Shown here: in pieces, positions 61,578-64,000 of the stretch
How positions within the stretch are numbered: the first letter of the stretch is position 1
How the letters are laid out: each line of letters begins with the position of its first letter
Source: Candidatus Aldehydirespiratoraceae bacterium
GTDB taxonomy: Bacteria > Actinomycetota > Acidimicrobiia > Acidimicrobiales > Aldehydirespiratoraceae
Assembly (NCBI GenBank): GCA_965205465.1
Contig: OZ242187.1
Span: 2,006,244-2,070,243 of the forward strand
DNA length: 64,000 nt
Direction: 5' to 3'
Notes under the pieces: model-generated
The model's database searches: none
Seen by the model: the letters and a program-made list of their open reading frames with translations, nothing else
Told to the model about the DNA's origin: nothing
Made by a program: the position numbers and the translations under genes

Positions 61578-62569
61578 TGTCGCACATCGTGGTGTTCGGG
61601 GCGGGAGCAACAGGTACACGGATCGCGCAGCAACTTCTGGCCAGCGGTCGAGCGACCAACGTCGAAGTACGCGACGCCCGTCGAGAACGCTCGCGACAAC
61701 TCGTCCACACCCTCGGCCGGGCATCGGAACTCGGCCACGGCTACCACCTTGATTCCTCGGTCGACTTGGCCGTCGTTGCCACCCCGGCCGCGGGTCAGGC
61801 AAACCTAGCCCGCCGTGCGGTTCACCACGGCGTTCCGGTTGTAACCACATCGAATCATCTGTCGGAAGTACGACGTTTGCTGGCTCTGCATCAAGAAGCG
61901 CTGCACAACCGGGTCCCGGTCGTTGTTGGTGCCACCTTCATGCCGGGATTCACCTGCCTGATTGCCCGCCACGGCGCATCAGAGTTTGACCAAGTTGATG
62001 AGATCCACGTCGCCAAAGTCGGCACTGGTGGACCCTCATGTGCGCGGCAACACCATCAAGCCCTGTCGTCGGTGGGACTGGACTGGCGCGACGGGCGTTG
62101 GACCTCCCGTGCTCCAGGGTCAGGTCGGGAACTCGCATACTTCCCGGATCCCATCGGGGGACGCGACTGCTACCGGGGAGCGCTGCCCGATGCGTTGCTG
62201 CTGGTCCCCGAATTCCAAGGAGTGCAACGAGTGACCGCCCGAATGGCCGCAACCCGCAGAGATCGTTTGACTTCGCCGCTGCCGATGCTGCGCCCACCAC
62301 ACGCCGAAGGCGGCCTCGGAGCAGTGCGTGTTGAACTACGAGGCAGAGTTGGCATCGAACGTCGGGTGAGCGTGTTCGGTGCCGTGGAGCGTCCGGCTTC
62401 AGCAGCGGCTGTAGTAGCAGTCAGCACCAGCCTCGCTGTGCTCAGAGGAGATTTTCCTGCCGGCGCGTACGGCTTGGCAGCGGCAGCCGATCCGCTGCCG
62501 CTGTTGAACGACATTGCCGATCGAGGCGTTCGCCCGCTCCGCTTCGAAGGTGTATCCATGTACTACTAA
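61577..62569 (+). CDS. saccharopine-dehydrogenase-like NAD(P)-binding protein
   Basis: N-terminal Rossmann motif 'IVVFGAGATGTRIAQQL'. The family assignment is tentative. Confidence 0.6.
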   Translation: MSHIVVFGAGATGTRIAQQLLASGRATNVEVRDARRERSRQLVHTLGRASELGHGYHLDSSVDLAVVATPAAGQANLARRAVHHGVPVVTTSNHLSEVRRLLALHQEALHNRVPVVVGATFMPGFTCLIARHGASEFDQVDEIHVAKVGTGGPSCARQHHQALSSVGLDWRDGRWTSRAPGSGRELAYFPDPIGGRDCYRGALPDALLLVPEFQGVQRVTARMAATRRDRLTSPLPMLRPPHAEGGLGAVRVELRGRVGIERRVSVFGAVERPASAAAVVAVSTSLAVLRGDFPAGAYGLAAAADPLPLLNDIADRGVRPLRFEGVSMYY

Positions 62570-62587
62570 ACGGCTTAAAGTAGGGCT

Positions 62588-63238
62588 GTGCATTTCAGGT
62601 TGATGATGGCGTTCGCTTTGTTGGTGAGCGCGTGTGGAGGGTCGGGGTCATCCACAGAACCCGAGCCTGTCGACCCGGCACCGGTCGACACGGTTGCTGT
62701 CGCGGCGCCCGAGATATGTCCAGACGCCGTAAATGCGGCACCTGAGAAGCTGCCTGTCGGCGAGGTGCGAGAACTGTCCAACAATGGTGAGGTGCATGTG
62801 CTGTGTGCCAGCTTCGATCGCGCACCCCCAGCCAGCGGAGATCACTTCCCGGCCTGGCAGAACTGTGGCATCTATACCCAGCCCATTCAGAACCAGACCG
62901 CCGTGCATTCCCTTGAACACGGTGCCGTCTGGGTGGCGTATCAACCGGACCTCGATGCGTCTTTGATCCGAGCGATGACCGAGCGCCTCAAATCGGAGAA
63001 GTTTGCGTTGATGGCGCCATACCCCGGCCTGCAGAACCCGATCGTTCTCACTGCTTGGACACGACAACTCGCAGTCGACGACTGGTCGGACCCAGCAATC
63101 GAAGAGTTCCTTGGCACCTACTTTGGGAGGTACTCCCCGGTTGCACCCGAAGCCGGCGCATCTTGTGGCCAAGCCGTTGGCTCCGCCCCCACCGCCCCGA
63201 ACTTGAACTATCAAGAGATTCTTGAGCAAGTGAGCTGA
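62588..63238 (+). CDS. DUF3105-family lipoprotein
   Basis: Lipobox 'LLVSACGG', plus 'PP.SG.H.P.W...G.Y..P......VHSLEHG.VW..Y.P'. Confidence 0.7.
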   Translation: MHFRLMMAFALLVSACGGSGSSTEPEPVDPAPVDTVAVAAPEICPDAVNAAPEKLPVGEVRELSNNGEVHVLCASFDRAPPASGDHFPAWQNCGIYTQPIQNQTAVHSLEHGAVWVAYQPDLDASLIRAMTERLKSEKFALMAPYPGLQNPIVLTAWTRQLAVDDWSDPAIEEFLGTYFGRYSPVAPEAGASCGQAVGSAPTAPNLNYQEILEQVS

Positions 63239-63244
63239 GCCGGC

Positions 63245-64000
63245 TCACTGAAAAAGGGCCAGCAGCTCCTGGTGGATCCGATTGTTGGAGGCTATGGCTG
63301 ACCCGGAAAGCCAGACATCGGGACCAGTCTGACCGTCGAAGGTGCTGAAACTCCCGCCGGCCTCAGCGATGATGACAGCGATAGGCGCTAGATCCCAAGG
63401 GAATGCCTCCGGATCGATCATCGCTTCAACGCGGCCCGTAGCCACAAGGGCATAGCCGGAAGCATCACCCCAAGTTCGCAACTTGACGGGACTGTCGAGC
63501 AGCGCCGGCAACAGAGCATCGGGCCAGTACCCGAACCCGCTCGTGCACACGAAAGCCCCCTCGAGACCTTCGCGGTCGTTGACCCGGCACGGCTCACCAT
63601 TGAAGAACGCCCCAAGTCCACGCCCAGCCCAAATCGTCTCACCCAATGCAGGCAGGTTGATCACACCCACAGCGGGACCGTGCTCATCGACAAGGGCCAA
63701 CAGGTTGGCGAACAAAGGCACACCCCTCATGAAAGCCTTAGTGCCGTCGATTGGGTCGATCACCCAAGTTCTGCCTGATGTCCCGGAAGTGTCGGGATGC
63801 TCCTCGCCGAGCACAGAGTCATCGGGGAAAGCCGCGTTGAGACGCTCGCGCACCAACGTCTCAGCAGCGAGATCGGCAGCGGTCACCGGTGAGCCGTCGT
63901 GTTTGTGGTCGACCGAGAGAGCACTCCCGCCATACCACTCAAGAGTGAGCTCCCCGGCCTCCCGGGCTATTTCAACACAGAAGTCGACGTCTGCTTGGTT
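63245..64000 (-). CDS. inositol monophosphatase-family protein (HisN/ImpA-like), 5' end outside window
   Basis: 'WVIDPIDGT..F..G.P' and 'WDLAP..VI..EAGG' are IMPase motifs. The frame stays open upstream of Met 63886 to the window edge ('...VDFCVEIAREAGELTLEWYG...'). Confidence 0.85.
   Translation of the reverse strand, partial: NQADVDFCVEIAREAGELTLEWYGGSALSVDHKHDGSPVTAADLAAETLVRERLNAAFPDDSVLGEEHPDTSGTSGRTWVIDPIDGTKAFMRGVPLFANLLALVDEHGPAVGVINLPALGETIWAGRGLGAFFNGEPCRVNDREGLEGAFVCTSGFGYWPDALLPALLDSPVKLRTWGDASGYALVATGRVEAMIDPEAFPWDLAPIAVIIAEAGGSFSTFDGQTGPDVWLSGSAIASNNRIHQELLALFQ

Overview
This window is the replication-origin region of a moderately high-GC Actinomycetota chromosome. Phylum is inferred from gene content and order; no database search was possible.

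Conserved core (about 26.7-64 kb). The gene order matches the Mycobacterium tuberculosis Rv3907c-Rv3924c / Rv0001-Rv0007 block:
- dnaB-rplI-rpsR-ssb-rpsF and panB
- cca, a DUF6049-like protein, an ECF sigma / anti-sigma pair
- trxB-trxA-cwlM, then parB-parA with three parS sites
- rsmG-jag-yidC-yidD-rnpA-rpmH on the minus strand
- dnaA-dnaN-recF-dciA(DUF721)-gyrB-gyrA-DUF3566-tRNA-Ile on the plus strand

Accessory and metabolic part (1-26 kb):
- A defence-island-like stretch at 1-5.6 kb: a Dam-family methylase, a nuclease-like gene broken by a 16-bp tandem duplication, a RelA/SpoT-domain gene coupled to a small ORF (toxSAS-like), and an HNH nuclease.
- A 1108-aa protein with three SLH and eight FN3 domains.
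- A superoxide dismutase, an F420/LLM oxidoreductase and an arylsulfatase.
- A translationally coupled DprA-like + ComF-like phosphoribosyltransferase pair next to a DUF222-HNH gene.
- Fatty-acid metabolism genes.

Most striking window-wide signal: many young short tandem repeats. In-frame arrays sit inside housekeeping genes (sod, gyrA, gyrB, ssb, the sulfatase, an acyl-CoA synthetase, DUF3566). Arrays of other unit lengths sit in intergenic DNA.

All functional calls rest on motif recognition by eye. Start codons are approximate.
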